DNA of 64,000 nucleotides from Haplodiscus bocki (taxonomy: Eukaryota), in the NCBI GenBank assembly GCA_965655095.1, contig OZ296649.1, positions 33,294,001-33,358,000 of the forward strand, given 5' to 3'. Below are positions 1 through 13,995 of the stretch, in pieces; position 1 is the stretch's first letter, and each line of letters opens with the position of its first letter. The notes beneath the pieces were generated by a model. That model saw only the letters and a program-made list of their open reading frames with translations, had not been told where the DNA came from and ran no database searches. The position numbers and the translations under genes were made by a program.

Positions 1-2290
1 AATTCACAAGGTCTTTTGACAATTGTTGTGCAAGCTATAAGATCATTTCCTTAGGACATAAGGAGTTGGTAGAACAAATTTTTTCAAACTAAAGACTGCC
101 GTCCCTTTGGAAAAAATATTTTGGCTTTTTTTCTCATTTCACCGAAAATGGCAGACATCGAGTAACATCTTGTTAGGCTTGTGTTGGTATTTTGGCCATT
201 TTACTGCTAGTTATAAGATCTTTGTTAAAAAAACCAAAAGGTTGCTGAAAACATCAATTTTTGGGATAAAAGGGCTACTCTTGCAGTGAAAAAACAATTA
301 GGAAAATTTTTTCTCTTTTTTGGAGAATGACAAACCTTCACGAACAAACTTTAGAGCTGCAAAAGGTCTACTGACAATGTTTACGCAATTTAGAATATCA
401 TTTCCTTATGACCTAAAAATTCGGCAGAAAATTGGCTCAAAGAAAGGCTATTTTCCCCACGAAAGAGATTTCGGCCTACTTTTTTTGTACCACAGCGTAG
501 GGCAGACCTCGAGAGAAAATATATAACAAACCACAAAGAATTTCGAAACTTTTTGTGGAGGTCATAGTTTTATTTCTCTTGGACCTATGAGATCGATATA
601 ACCAATTTTTCAAAAAAACCGTCTGCCCTCCCGATGAAAACAAAATTTGGCCTAGTTTTGCTTGTATTACAGAGTATGGCAGACCTCAAGCAACTTTTTA
701 TTAGGCTCTACAAGGTATTGGAGCAATCGTTGTACAATTTATAAACTCATTTCTTTGACACCTAAGAGGTTGAGGAAGCACAACTTCTTGAAAATTTTTT
801 TTTGATTGAAGATAAATTGTTGGTCGATTAATTCTCGTATTATCGAGTATGACAGACGTCAGGGAACAATTTATAAGGGTCCGCAAGGTCTTTTGACTGT
901 TTTTGTGCAAGTTATAAGTTTGTTTCCTAGGAGTAAGAAGTCCTTAGAGCCAAATATTTCCACATAGAGTCTATCGTCCCGTTGGGAAAACGTTTGTCCT
1001 ATTTTTGTCTCATATTACCGATTGTAGCAGACATCAAGTAACATTTTATTTGAGTTCACATGGGGTTTTGGCAATAATGGTGCAACTTACAGGATCATTT
1101 TTTTAGCACCCAAGAGTTTGCTCAAAACAGAAAATTTTGGGAAAGAAGCTCCTCTTCCAGCGAAAAACTTTTTTCGGCCAAGCTATTTTTATAATACTGA
1201 GTGTGACAAACCTCAGGGAACAATTTTCAGGTATCACAAGGTATTCTGGTATTCATTGTGCAAGGTATTACTTCATTTCTCTAATACTTAAGAGGTTGTT
1301 GAAAACACAACTTTTTAAAAAGGCTATTTTGGCAGTGAAAAAAAATATTGGCCAATTTTTCTCGTATTATCGAGTATGAGAAACGTCAAGGAACAATTTA
1401 TAAGAGTTCAAAACGTTTTCCAACGATTAATGTGCAAGTATTAGGATCATATCTGTGGGACCCAAGATGCAACAGAACAAAAATTTTCCAACTGAAGACT
1501 GCCGTCCCGTTGGAAAGAAGATTTTGTCTTTTTTTCTCATTTTACCGAATATGGCAGACATCGACTAACATCTTGCTAGGCTCCTGTTGATACTTTGGCA
1601 AAAATAGAGCAAGTTATAAAATCTTTTTTTAACAACCAAGAAGTTGCTGAAAATTCAAATTTTTTGGGAAAAAAGGGCTTTTCTGTCGCTGAAAAAAAAC
1701 TTTTAGGCCAATTTTTCCTCGTCTCATCGAGTATCACAAACCTTAGAACACAAACTTAGAGGTTGCACAAGGTCTTTTAAAAATGATTGCGCAAGTTACA
1801 AGATCATTTTCCTAGGACCTAAGGGGTCGACAGGGAAGTTGCTCAAAAAAGTCTAACTTCTCCACGAGAAAGATTTCGGCCTACTTTTTTTATACTACAG
1901 AGTAGGGCAGACCTCAAAAAAATCTATAACGGTCCACAAAGAATTCTGAAAAATTTTTTCGAAGTTGTAGGTTTATTTTCTAAGACCAAAGCAGTCGATA
2001 TAACCAACTTTTCAAAAAGTCAGCTACCTTCCCGTTTAGAAAAAAATTGGCCTAGTTTTGCTCATATTACCGAGTATGGCAGACCTCAGGCAACACTTTT
2101 TTAGGCTCCAGAAGGTTTTTTGGCAACCATTGTGAAAAGTATAGGTTCCTTTCTGTAACACCCAAGAGGTTGATGAAAACAGAAAATTATAAAAAGCCTA
2201 TCATTCCAGTGGAAAATATAATTTGGCCATTTTTTTGCTTGATCGAGTATGACGGACTTTATAGCACAAACTTTTATAACATACATGGTC
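1..2290. repeat. Diverged ~175-bp tandem satellite with 8-monomer (~1403 bp) higher-order repeat
   Basis: Anchor motif (G/A)CA(G/A)AC within 'cgagtatggcagacctc'-like words recurs at about 151, 330, 502, 679, 852, 1027, 1206, 1379, 1554, 1736, 1907, 2079, 2252 (spacing 171-182 bp). Monomers 8 apart are most alike, e.g. 107-230 vs 1510-1630. Confidence 0.85.
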
Positions 2291-3599
2291 CTAATCTTTC
2301 ACTGAAAAGTCTCAGTCCTACCCGTGAGCTGTTAAAAGTTGTCCCTGAGATAATAGAGATGTAACGGTTAAGTGATTAATTAGGGTTAAACTAACCTGAT
2401 TCTTCCACAGGAGAGCTGCAACCACACACCTCAGAAAAAATAACAGACCAGAAAAAAAATACATTAACCATTGGCCCGGTGCTGAAATTACTTATCATGC
2501 AACTACTACTTCTATGAAGTTCATTTTTTTGAAAAAAGAGACAACCTCCTAAGTTATAGATGGCTGCTAGAAATTACCGAGCATTTACAATTAAGATCTA
2601 CAGAGGCTACCAAAAAAATTGATAAACTAGGAGCCGTTCTCCACGAACTGAGCCAAGGGAGAAGTTAAAGGCAATATTTGAACTTTTCGGAAATGTTTTC
2701 ATCAAAAAACTAATCAGGCCATCGACAGACTTAGTTGAATCAAGACTGTTTCGAAGAGAACGTATTGAAATTTCAGAGGGTGAAATTGGATTTTTTGAAC
2801 TTTCGATCTTTACCATGACGCCATGGATAATTCAAACTTTTGATCTGATTCCATCAGACCCCATAAGTTCAAAAACAATCCTACTTATTAATCGGCTTCA
2901 AGTTGCGCGGAACCGAAAAGAACCAGACCTATCCAGGCGCCCGGTCAACCTATTTTGGCAGAGTATGGAAATATTCCACAATATCTTTCAATAAAAGTGT
3001 TGTCCTAACTGGAGAAAAATGGGATTTCAATTTTTTATTCCAGAAATCGGCTGAAATCTGAGTTAACTCGTGAAAACGGTAAAAAGTACTTCTAACAACA
3101 GATCAACAGGTTACGTTTGACTACTAATTCGAAGAATCCATGGTTTTGCCTGAAAAACAAAGATGCTTTCGGTTGCGGCTGTGTGAGTGATGCCTTCTGT
3201 ACCAGGTTTTCATACATTGAGCACACCAGTGGGCGAGGCAAAACCCAATATCTCAGACGGAAAAACATCTCTTAATACTTTGGCCGAGAGTTTCAATGGA
3301 GAAAAACCAGAGGGAAAAAACCATCGACTGAACAAAAATTTTGCTCGAAATTTTTCATGAAATCACCCAATTTGTCAACGTCAAGACAAGAAGCAAGAAG
3401 TTTAGGTTTCAAGAAGTAAAATGAAACGCTTTGGAACTGACCACAACTTTTGAACGTTTTTTTACCAATTTAGACAACAGGAAACAAGGTGCAGATCCAA
3501 GCAGGGTCCAGATGCCTTCCGACTGTTTTTTTTGCAAAGTAAAAGATCGTTACTGTTACACCTAAGCCGTCTCCGAGACAACTATTTTGAAAAGAAGCT

Positions 3600-4450
3600 A
3601 CCGTTCAGCTGAAAGAAAATAAATGGCCAGTTATCACTCCTAGTGTCAACTATGGCAGGCCTAAATGCACTTTTTTTATTTTCAAAAAAAAATCTGATGA
3701 TCACTCTGATTCTGCAAGCAATACGATCACTTATGCCTTCAAACCTATGCAATAGGTCACAGAGCTTGAACTTGAAAATGTTTTTTCGTTACGACCTAGG
3801 AAAACATATTGCCAATCATTTAACCGATAATCGTGTATGAAAGATTTTAGGGCAGACTTTAAGGGGTCGAACACTTTTTTCTGAATTTTCTTGCACAAAA
3901 AATAGCATCACTTCCCTAAAACCTAGAACGTGAAAAAACAGACACTTCTTTTGGGAAGAAACGCTACCTTCGAGATGAAATCAAATTAATGCCCTTTTTC
4001 CCATGCTCGAGCGTCGCAGACCTCAAACCTATTTGTTAGGGCCACTGAGCTTCGCTAACATGTTTTTGACAAGTTACAATGTCATGGGCTGCACTTACGC
4101 TGTCAGTACAATTGTTTGTCATCAACAAAAAGAACTATCTTTACGACAAGAAAATTAATTGGCCGTTCGTCTCTTTTTTTGAGGCTCAGAGGCCTCATTA
4201 TTTCTTAAGCTAGAATCCGAAAAGTAAGTTTACCGTTGTTCTAAAACCTAAAAGTGATCTATCAGGCTGTCAAGTAAGACTTAGGCAGTCAAAGCAAACA
4301 CCTGTTTAAAAAAAAAGAGTTTGCTTTCGGACACAAGGAAAAATGTTTGAACAATTTTTCCCCCTCACTGTCAAGCTTGCCGATCACGTGGTTTTTTCAA
4401 AAGTGTTCATAAAAACTTTTAATTATATTTTGGCAAGTTTTGAAACAATT
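3600..4450. repeat. More degenerate continuation of the same ~175-bp satellite
   Basis: Variants of the anchor at ~3651 (ctatggcaggcct), ~3832 (cgtgtatgaaagat) and ~4010 (gcgtcgcagacctcaaa), at similar spacing. Confidence 0.5.
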
Positions 4451-5559
4451 TATGAAAAATTAGGCTGTCTTTCATTTAATTTTTCGAAGGAGGGTCATGT
4501 TTTCGACAACGAAATCTTTGTCCTATCAAGTCTGTATTAGTTAATACAACAAAGTCCATTGTTCAATTGTTATAATCCACAATCTATTTTGGAGTGTAGT
4601 CTTCAAGTAATATCATAATTTTAAGAAAGCGAAAGATGTTAGTCAAAAAACTTACTTTCGAGAAAAATACCACTCTTCCCGACCAAGAAACTTGGGAATT
4701 GGCTCTTTTTGGACAGATTGAAAGTTCCGTTGATTTACACTCGTATTGTTTAAAATAATTGCTATCATTCATTCAACCAGATGGACTGACTTCGTAACAG
4801 TGTTTTTTTGTGAGGAAAGCTTTTTTCAAGGAAAAAGAAAAGGTTTCAGCCCTTCCTGCTAAATCGACTAATGCAATCCGGAAAAATGAATGCCAGAAGA
4901 CGCTTGGGGAAGAACCAGGGATTGTCTGCAATACTATTTTGATTTTGATGTCACTAACACTGTTAGAGGTTATACGTGTAGGTGCGAAAAAATTTTCAAT
5001 ACCAATGGAAGATTATGAAAAGCAGGAATTTTTCTGAAAAAGAAAAAAACGAATGCGCACAGACTTACTCACAAAGCGTACCAATTTGGCAATGGGAAAA
5101 ACATTTATGGAAGAGTGGGGACCAGAAACCGTCAACAGAAACTGATTTCGTTACCAGGCTATACAAACTGGAAACGGCCGAAAAAAAATTGTAGGAAACA
5201 AGCCTCTAGCACCTTTGAAAAACTCAACCTAGTACGTCAAATCTCTGCAGTTGATGCTTTGAAACAGTTTTGTCTGGTTGTGACATGCCTAGTGATAGTC
5301 GCAGGGCTCTAATGTGCAGGCACAAGTTCAAATTATAATCATTACACTAAAAGAGCAAAAAAGAAAGATCTTCCGAAAACATAGAATTAACGGGGAAAGC
5401 GTTTGAAGCTTGAGACCAAAACAATAACAGAGAAATGAATATCAACCTTGCAGGAAAAATCCGCTGAACACAAGGACTCTGAAAGCAACAATATAACATG
5501 TTCTGTAAACGATAAGAATTAACCCAAGCAAAATTTGGAAAAAAAGCCTTCATATCAGA

Positions 5560-6350
5560 ACTGTTGGAGTTTTGCCGGACAAGAACTGAGAAGTCAAGTC
5601 CTAACATGTTCAAAACTCATGTAGTCTCGGGTGGTCATCACATTGTCAAAGACGCTGACAGGACTATTTCCTGCAGGCTCAATTTAAAAGACCCTATCAT
5701 TACCAACAAAAAGTTCAAAAATGGGGGACCTTCCGAAATCATGGGTTTTAAGGGGAAAAAAGTTTGAAGATTTCAGACAAGAAAACAACAGGAACATTAT
5801 TCTCGACCTTTCAAAAAACCCAGTGGAACACAAGTTCCCTAAAGTCATCAATTCAATATAGCCCTCGTTATCAGTAAGATTGAAACTAAACAAATCTTGA
5901 AAAAAGAGATTCAGATCAAAACCGTTGGAACTTTGCAAAAGTAGAATTAGGAAGTCAAATCTTGACATGCTCAATTTTTACGTGGTCTCAGCTGGTCGTG
6001 ATATGTTCAATCACATTGACAGGGCTACCACGTGCCGGAGCAAATTCAGAGCTCCACCATTACAAACAAAAATACAAAAATGATGGTCCTACCGAAAACA
6101 TGGGTTTCACCTAATAACTGTGTGAAGATTTCAGACCAAAAACTCAAAACTTTTGTTATTAGAGAACAAAACAAATGAACCACAGAACCCGAAGCGCGAG
6201 AGCTGAAGATTGACCTTGTAACCAGGAGGAAATGAACTACAATTATTTTGAGAGAGACCTTCAGGTTAGAACTGTCAAAACTTCTGCAAGACTGCTACTA
6301 GTCAAGTCGTAATATGAACAACTGTTTTGTAAACTTGCTTGGCCATGGCA
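5560..6350. repeat. Diverged ~355-bp tandem repeat (2-2.5 copies)
   Basis: aagtcaagtcctaacatg (~5592), aagtcaaatcttgacatg (~5952), tagtcaagtcgtaatatg (~6299); gaagatttcagac at ~5766 and ~6125. Confidence 0.55.
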
Positions 6351-6809
6351 AGTTCAAAGACACTACCAATGCCGCCATGTTCAGGCCCGAACTCCAATCC
6401 TCTGCAGTTCTCCCACACTTTCGAGGAAATATGCTCTAAAAGCCTCGTAATCCTTCGTCAAGAAAAACTGATTGACCATGAGTTTCTCATTCTTCATGGA
6501 ATGAGAAATGGAGATTTTTTGTAGACACGGGTTTTTTCTGGTTAAACAGCGTTAACGGCGTTCCCTGTCGGTATAAAGGCGTTAACGGCGTTTTGCTAGT
6601 AAGTTAGCGACGTTAGCTGAGTTTACGCCACTATACCGGAAAAATAGCGGCGTTTTTCCCAAAAAAGTTCGACCCGGGGGCCTACTTTAAGTGAATTTTG
6701 GACCATCGCAAGAATTTTTGTTTTGACTATCATGTCAATAATAGTCATCGTATAAAAGTTTTCTAAATTATCATCATGCTGCCTCAAGGGTCCATTTTCC
6801 ATGTTTCAG

Positions 6810-7034
6810 GAATGTGGGCCACTTTAATCGATTGGATGAACGACAATTACAGTTCATCAAAATGGCTTTGGTGTCTCCCACTTTGAGGAAAGATCATCCT
6901 CTGCCTCCTTTGTTGCTTTATGGTCCCTTTGGCATGGGCAAGACTTTCGCACTTGGTAATCTCATCATACAGTTGTTGGCAGCGAACACTAACAGAAAAA
7001 TCAACAGAGTTCTTGTTTGCACGTGGACAAACAG
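6810..7034 (+). CDS. Internal exon of a UPF1-like SF1 helicase, HELZ/HELZ2-like (Q-motif, Walker A, motif Ia)
   Basis: Acceptor tgtttcag| and donor ag|gtaagt; 225 nt, phase 2-2, no stop. Translation LDERQ...PPLLLYGPFGMGKTFAL...RVLVCTWTN(S) resembles HELZ2 'PLLIYGPFGTGKT...KVLICTHTNSAAD'. Confidence 0.8.
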
Positions 7035-7294
7035 GTAAGTTGCTATCTTAATGATGCATGTGGTGTTCCCAAACTTGCCATTGGGCATGAGAACTATCAC
7101 TATAGATAGCATGACGTCATGAAATACTCGATGCTAATTAGACAAGACAAAGAATGGCGGGGAAATTTGAACCAATAGAAATCAAGTGCTCTAATTCAGC
7201 TGGCAAAGCGCATAGGGTCGACCCGCATTTTTCTCGTATTGGTCACAACTGGCACAATATCATAATGGGATGAATCTCACTCGAGCTAGGCAAA

Positions 7295-7370
7295 ATATAG
7301 CTTATTGCTTAATGATGACAGACGAGTGCACTCGGTTTTACACCACCCGGGTTCGAATCCCACCTCAACC
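7295..7370 (+). repeat. tRNA-derived SINE-like head (B box)
   Basis: gggttcgaatccc at ~7349-7361 matches the Pol III B box / T-loop; no full cloverleaf is evident. Confidence 0.35.
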
Positions 7371-10300
7371 AAAGTTTTCTGCGTTTTTTTGCACCCGATT
7401 TCTCTCTCTTTCTCAATTAGGCAATTTTTGGGGAATAAAATGCTTACTTCTCAGACTCAGTTGGAAGGGATCTGTTTCTACTTTCAGAAACAATATTTGA
7501 AACTTAACAGAGTGTTCAAATTTTTTGAAATGATTGACTGTTTTTGGCCGAGATTCGAATTTCGTACTGGAAAATCAAATTTTGTATCTTTTCGAAACTG
7601 AGATAATTTTTTGGCAGTTAAAAATAAATTTTGCTACTCTCTCCCAATTCTGATACTTTCCCCACCGCGTGAACTTTTTCTTTTTCAGGCCGATATTGGC
7701 TAAATTGATAGCAACTAAAAATATTTGGAAATTTTGCCGGATTTCTTTGAATAGAAATCGGAAAAACATCCTTCAATGATTGTAAAAAAGGTCTTTTTTG
7801 CTGTTTTTGCAAAGCAGAATTCAATTTCCTGATTCACGAGTAATCTTTGCAATGAGTAAATCGCGAGTAAATCACGAGTAAATGAGACTGACGAGTAAAC
7901 CAGTACAAAACTTCGTGTTTCTATTAATTTTTCCAATTCTCGAAAGCGTTCAATAAATAAGTCTTTTCAATTATTTTAAAGGTGGACGAATTTTAGCGAG
8001 TTTCCCAAATCTTTATGAATTTTCGCAATTAAGACAGCCTTATCACTTTCTGGCAGCGAATCCAAACAAAAACAACGAGAAGCACAATTGTACTCGAAGA
8101 CAGTTCTATTTTGGCGTTTTCTAGCTCAAAGTGCGCTTTTGATGCTACAAGTAGGTTAAAGCAACATATTTACAAAATTGTTTGCACTAATGCGTTCCTT
8201 GTCATTCATGTTTACATTTGATCATGCGAGTGTTTTACCACAAATTTCTGTTTTCTTTTTCTCCCGATCCATTCACCGGTCAATCAAGCTCCTCCATTTT
8301 GGCCTAGAACAAGAGGGAGTGTACTAGGCTCGAATATGTAAAATTTCTACTGACTGGAACAACCACTGAGTGCCATTGACATTTTAAAACCAGTTTTTTC
8401 ATTGAAAATACCAAGCGACAGAAAAAATAGCGTTTTTAACTTGTTTTGAATCTTGCAAGATTTAATTGAGTTTCTGTTTACTTAATATCAATAGAGTTCG
8501 TAGGATCGCGGCCACTTCAAATATCAATTACAATGAGTCATTTTTTTGCCAGTCTTCGCTAGTTATTGGGCACAAAAGTTTCGGAGCACAATTTCGCCTC
8601 TGTATGAAACTAGCTGTAACTAGCATGATACGGAAACATAAATACGGCTAAAGGAAGCAAAAAAGTTTCAAAAATGTTCTAGAAGAAGTTGTTCGGTCGT
8701 TTGAAATAGACAAGACAGAACTTTTTTTCGAATTTTGCTTAATTTTTTTTTCGTTCACCCTCTATTTTAGCTTATCAGGTAGAAAAATCTTGAAGAGCAT
8801 TAAGAGCGGAATATCTTTAAATTAACAGTAGGTGTTGAAACTTTGCTTGAAAAGAGTAATTCTTAACGTTTTTAATCCTGGAAAATAGTGGATTTTCCAA
8901 TTTTGCTTAACTTTGTTCATTTGCTTTTCAAATCGTCTTTGTGACCAAGTTTTCTTCTCAGTTAGAAAGAATTGAATTCTGAAATTTTTCTCTGACCTCG
9001 CAAAATGTCGAGCAAATGCGTATCTTTTTTGCTCCAGAGACGACCTGAAACATCTATCGTTTGGGTTTTTCAATACAGTTGTTGTTTTTTTTGGAACCCA
9101 AACAATCACTTTGGCTACACTTGTATGGGAATGAGGTCAAATGCAATTGCTACCTGTACAAGTGCAAGTTTAAATACTGCAACGTAACCTACTCTCTGAA
9201 AAAGTCTACTTTAGCCCTTAGGCGTTTTTCTTTGGTGTTTTTCCCGAATCAAGAACCGCATATGTTACAAAAATTGCTTCCTCTTGGAAAATCTTAGCCA
9301 CAGCGTCTTTGTTTCTCACTTATAAAGCGATTAGTCACAACGTATTTGCTCCTTGCTTATAACGTGATTCTTGGTGACTTCCCTTTAAACATTGAATATA
9401 GTCATTAAACGATTCTCCGCCTCTCAAATACCCACCAACGTCGCTATTTGGGATTAATTACTGCCTTTCTCGGCGCTCAAATTCATTATTAATTTTTTGG
9501 CACTTGATGATTGAAAATAAGATGATTGAACTCGTGGAAGTTCTCGATTAACTACACCCTCGTTTGTCCACCGAAATTTTTGCTGCAAAAAAATAAGGCG
9601 AAAATTTGAAAGATTACTGTTGTTGCCTGTTGTATGAAAAAACATCCCTAGGAGTAGATTGAGTCATGCATTTCCGCGCCAATTCAAACCAATTGAAGCT
9701 TGTTTGTTTATTGTTATTAAACAGATGGCTGAAGTGATCAAAAAGTGAACCAAAAGGGCTCAAACTTCCGGCGGGTGGGTTTTGTTCGAGAGCGTAGTTA
9801 ACAAACCCAGCCTCCCTGGATGGTTATCTTTATGTAAATTTTATCATGCGGTTTATCTGGCTGCTCTAGTTTGAATCTAGTATTTCAATCGACGCTTTAC
9901 TTTACAGTAAAAAGATCGAGTTTCAGTGATTTTTTTTTCAAATTAGACCGAGAGGCTTTCCAAAGACGTTCCAAAATACTTCGTGATTCGTACCCTCCAA
10001 GTGCATAACCGGAAAAGTTTCGAAAAGGCAAGGTTCGTGGATATTCGAAGACCCATTTCTTTTGGGTGCCCGTCTAGGATGTGGTCTACAGAAATTTGTG
10101 ATCTACGAGCGAAAACATTGCTTTCGTTCCCGTGCGCCTAAAGCTCAATCTCAAATATTATTGGCTGAGAACTTTTTTTGTCAGACAAAATCCGTACGTT
10201 CCTAAAAGGTAGACCACATACTACACTGGCGTTTCCTTTTGTTTACACCAAAACTTTTTCGGAAAACCTCATACCAGTAAAAAAATCGAGATGCTCCCTT

Positions 10301-10928
10301 CACTGCCGTTGCCGGCCGGGCCCGACTCTGAACATTCTTGGCCTCTTTGCATCTCGTGACGTGATCTCAATTGTTGACTTTGCTGCGATGAACAAAAGCT
10401 GGATACCAGTAAATAATTGTCTAAAGTACGCCCATGTTGTATTTATTCAAAATGAAAATCTTCGGGTGGCTTATTCAACAGTTGAAAATCAGGAAACTGG
10501 ACTCGATATCAGTTTAATCATAGTTCTTTCAATTATAGTACGCTTTCTATTATTCTGTTGAAAAACACGACTCACTAAAATAGCACGCTCAGACTTCTCT
10601 TATACTGAATATGCATATACCAAAACGCAAATTTAAACCAAATTTATAAATATATTAGACTATCAAACGTACTACAGACGTTTCATCAACTGCGGCCTGG
10701 TTTATTTATGCAACTATCCGGTTTCTTTATTTTTTTGCCTAGATGGAAACTGAATAATGTTTAATTTTGCACTTCTGTCCCCGACCAGCTTCATCCGGTT
10801 AAATTTTACTATTGAAAAACATCGCTATTTTATTACATATTATTTCTTTTGTAGTTGTCTACTCCATTAAATTTGTAAAAAGTCTGTCAACTCATTCAGA
10901 CTTGGCATTTTATTATTTGAAAAAAGCG

Positions 10929-13900
10929 ATGGCTGTGTCATCGTCAACAGTTTCTGTGGAATTTCAAATTCGTGATCATATTGGCAAACGAATCATGGAC
11001 TTAGCTTTGGAGGCCACCGATTGTTCAGACGACACAGAAATTGCTGCAGTCCTGCTAGACTTGGAAGCTCTGTTCACTTCCCATCGCTCAGGTCCCCATT
11101 TGGACTTTGACATACGAAAAATTTGGGAATATGAACTTGCGGAACCTTGTATCATGTGCCTGGCCTGTGATTACTCACGAGTGGACGGTGGTTGGTCCGT
11201 AGGCGCCCAGTTGGCAAAATTTTTGCAGCAATATTTCCAGAAATTTGTACCAAAGGTTGATATTGTGAACGTTATTCGGAAAGAGTTGGAATCAAAGTTG
11301 CTGAATAATTGTGTGATGCTGTGTAGATGGATACAGACGAGATATAAGATGTTGGCTATTAGTGTGTCCCCTCAGAAACAGCCACTAATATCCAGTTTCA
11401 AAGCAGTCGCGGATGTCATCGACTAAGTGAGTGTTTAACTTTGTTCCGGTGTTTTCCCTGAAAATTGCGGAATTTCATAAAACGCTCAAAATGTATGCAA
11501 ATGAATTTTGGAAAGACCTTATTCCAGCGCAGTATGTTCGAGTTAGAGGTGAATTTTTTGAAGCAAATACCTTTTGAGTTAGACATTATAAGTTAAGCCT
11601 TGGAAATATGAAATTTTGCCCTCCCATCATCCGTTCCCTCCGAAAAAAAAACAAAATTATGCAAAAGTAAGCTCAAAATCATCGCGAGAAAACCTATTGC
11701 AGTTATTATAATAACTGAAATAGGTTTTACCGTGATGATTTTCAGCTGACTTTTGCAAAGTTTTTGTTATTTGACCAATAGGTATTCGAATTTCCGCTTC
11801 AGCTCAAAGTTAGCGTTTTTGATTAGTTTGTACTAATTCTGGAAGTGGGAAAATTTTGCAAGTAGGGGAAATGGAAAAGTAGTTTTGAAAAGTTATATGG
11901 CGAAAAACGTGAGTTTTTTCCAGGTTGTTGCACGTAACCAAGAATTAACCTGAAGTGTCCTTCCGAAGTATGAATACCTTCTAAAGATGCTTCTAACTGA
12001 CGAGCCAGACACACTAACATCTGTGGTGGAAACTATCCTGAGGTTGGGCCAGGTTTGTGCAAAGGAAGAGTTTTCCAAAGTGCCAGAAGACAAATTCTAT
12101 GCGCTGCTCGATGAAATGGTGTACAAATTATCTGAATTTGACTCGTCTACTGTTGTCGCTTCTGCTGTAACTAGAACGTTGTTGGCATTCTCTCAAATTT
12201 ATCCCAGAACTGGTGACGCCTTTTTCACAAGATAAAAAGGTTAATGCCCGGGAATCTGTTATGCACGGGGAATCTATTTGGTTTCTGGAAATTCATAAAA
12301 ATGAACACCCTTGTCAGTTCTGTAACTTTTATGGTGTTAAAAGGAAAACTTGAATGGCTGCTTTCCATGAAAGAAATGATTTTTGTTTGAACAGTCAATA
12401 CAGGATTTTATTTTTCAGAGTCATCTATCTTTTGGATAGACGTTCAATTTTTTCGTTTGCTTTTCGTTCTCTCTTGAAAATTTGCGGAACAGTTCTTGAA
12501 TTACATGTATCAACAAAATCCAAATTCTAAAATACAACACGGGGGATTACATTTTCTGTTCAGCAATGCGTTTTTTTTTGCCTTCAGGTATCCGATTCAT
12601 TATCACCAGATGGGCTGGTAAAGGTTTCGGTCAGGAGCAGCAGAAACTTCTTGAACTTCCTGGATTCTCAAACTAGACATATGAAAGAAATGGAACGTTT
12701 TCACAGAGCTGCGCGCGTCATCCAACGAGTCTATCGCATTTTCCTAGCAAAAAGACAACTGGCAAAACTCAAAGCCAAACAGCAGAATCAAGAGAGTGTC
12801 GAAAAAGAACAGAACGAAAAGGAAGACGCCGAGAGAAGACGAAAGTTGGAAGAAAATGATTTGAGACTACAGATGACGATAGCGCGTCATCGAGGAGCTA
12901 GGGAGGCCCAAGAAAAACACCTGTTTATGATTGAACAAGTACCTACTAAACAAGTTGACAGGTTCTTGCAAAGAAATGAAAATTCAGCAGCTCTTCATGT
13001 TCAGGCTTTATGGCATGGACTCAAATTAAGAAAAACTTTCTTGCAACAGCGAGAATGATGAAACAAGCCAAGTGTGTGATTATAATCCAGAAACGTTCCA
13101 AAGATGTCTTGCCACAGCTGACCATAGGAGGCGGAAAATAGGAGGTGTGGGGATTTTCTGGAGTGCTGATGGATTGAGCGAAGAATGCAGGGCTGAATTG
13201 CGAGAAGTTAGTAGAAAATTTAGTTTCTAATTCCAATTTTCAGGGACTGCCCAAACTTCAAATTTGATTATTTTTGCAATTTGAAGAAAATCTTCCTGAA
13301 ATGCGGCACTGAAAATAGACTGCAAGATTTTGAAAATTCTTATTTGCTGAAGAAACTGGCAATTATAAAAGACAAATTATGGGTTTTCGGTTTGCTCAAA
13401 ATTTGTCGTGCATTTTGTGAGAGTTGATATTGGCTTCGATTTGATAATTTTCAATGAAAATTGATTTAGATTGTTTTTAGACAACCCATGAAATCAGAAA
13501 GCGCCTCTCTTTGCGACCAATGACAAAAAAACGAACAAGAAACACATTTCCAACGGAACAGGATTCTCTCAAGCATCATATTTAGCTATCTGGGATCCGA
13601 GTTAATGCCGACATGAGAAGAGATACTCTATTGGCTAAAATGGATATTGTCTACCATCTGTTACGAGACGCATCCTGATTGGACGACAGCATTACTGATT
13701 ACGTAAATAATAGATACCTCAGCCCCATCGCACCGGTTGCTCTTAGTGGGAAAACAAGCACATTTAGGTACACTTCAGCAGGAAAAGTTAACGTGGTATG
13801 GGAAATTGGGAGTAAAGAACGAATTAAATATTGATGACACTTTCTCTACTCGAGCTGTGATCGAAAGACAAATTGATCAAGCTGTAAAATACAGTTGTTT
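10929..13900 (+). pseudogene. IQCB1: IQ calmodulin-binding motif protein 1 (IQCB1/NPHP5) homologue; unprocessed, intron-containing pseudogene
   Basis: Four exons (~10929-11426, 11924-12239, 12588-13206, ~13470-13900) with GT-AG introns. Motifs DYSRVDGGW, FYALLDEMVYKL, RWAGKGFG, IQ motifs (AARVIQRVYR, AALHVQALWHG) and KQAHLGTL..WYGKLG match IQCB1 in order. In-frame stops (TAA 11424, TGA ~11951, TAA 12233) and frameshifts (~12650, ~13056, ~13095, exon 4). Confidence 0.88.
11650..11768. mobile_element. Fold-back / MITE-like palindrome in IQCB1 intron 1
   Basis: Left arm tgcaaaagtaagctcaaaatcatcgcgagaaaacctattgcagttat; reverse complement of the right arm is tgcaaaagtcagctgaaaatcatcacggtaaaacctatttcagttat. 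Confidence 0.7.
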
Positions 13901-13995
13901 TCTTTTTTACGCTGTATCTGTTTTGAAAAGTCGTCACACAAGCAGCAAAAGCAATGTAATCCTCTAAATCTCGAAAGCAAGATTAGTAATATTAA

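Noticed and set aside
1-2290. Short ORFs in the satellite
   Set aside because: Chance frames in tandem repeats, mostly with TTG/GTG starts.
10812-10928. Hydrophobic N-terminal extension (signal peptide) on IQCB1 in the ORF track
   Set aside because: It depends on a TTG start. Homology begins after ATG 10929, so this is AT-rich upstream sequence.
11424-12235. Stop-codon reassignment or readthrough to explain the in-frame stops in IQCB1
   Set aside because: Both TAA and TGA occur along with several frameshifts; ordinary pseudogene decay is simpler.
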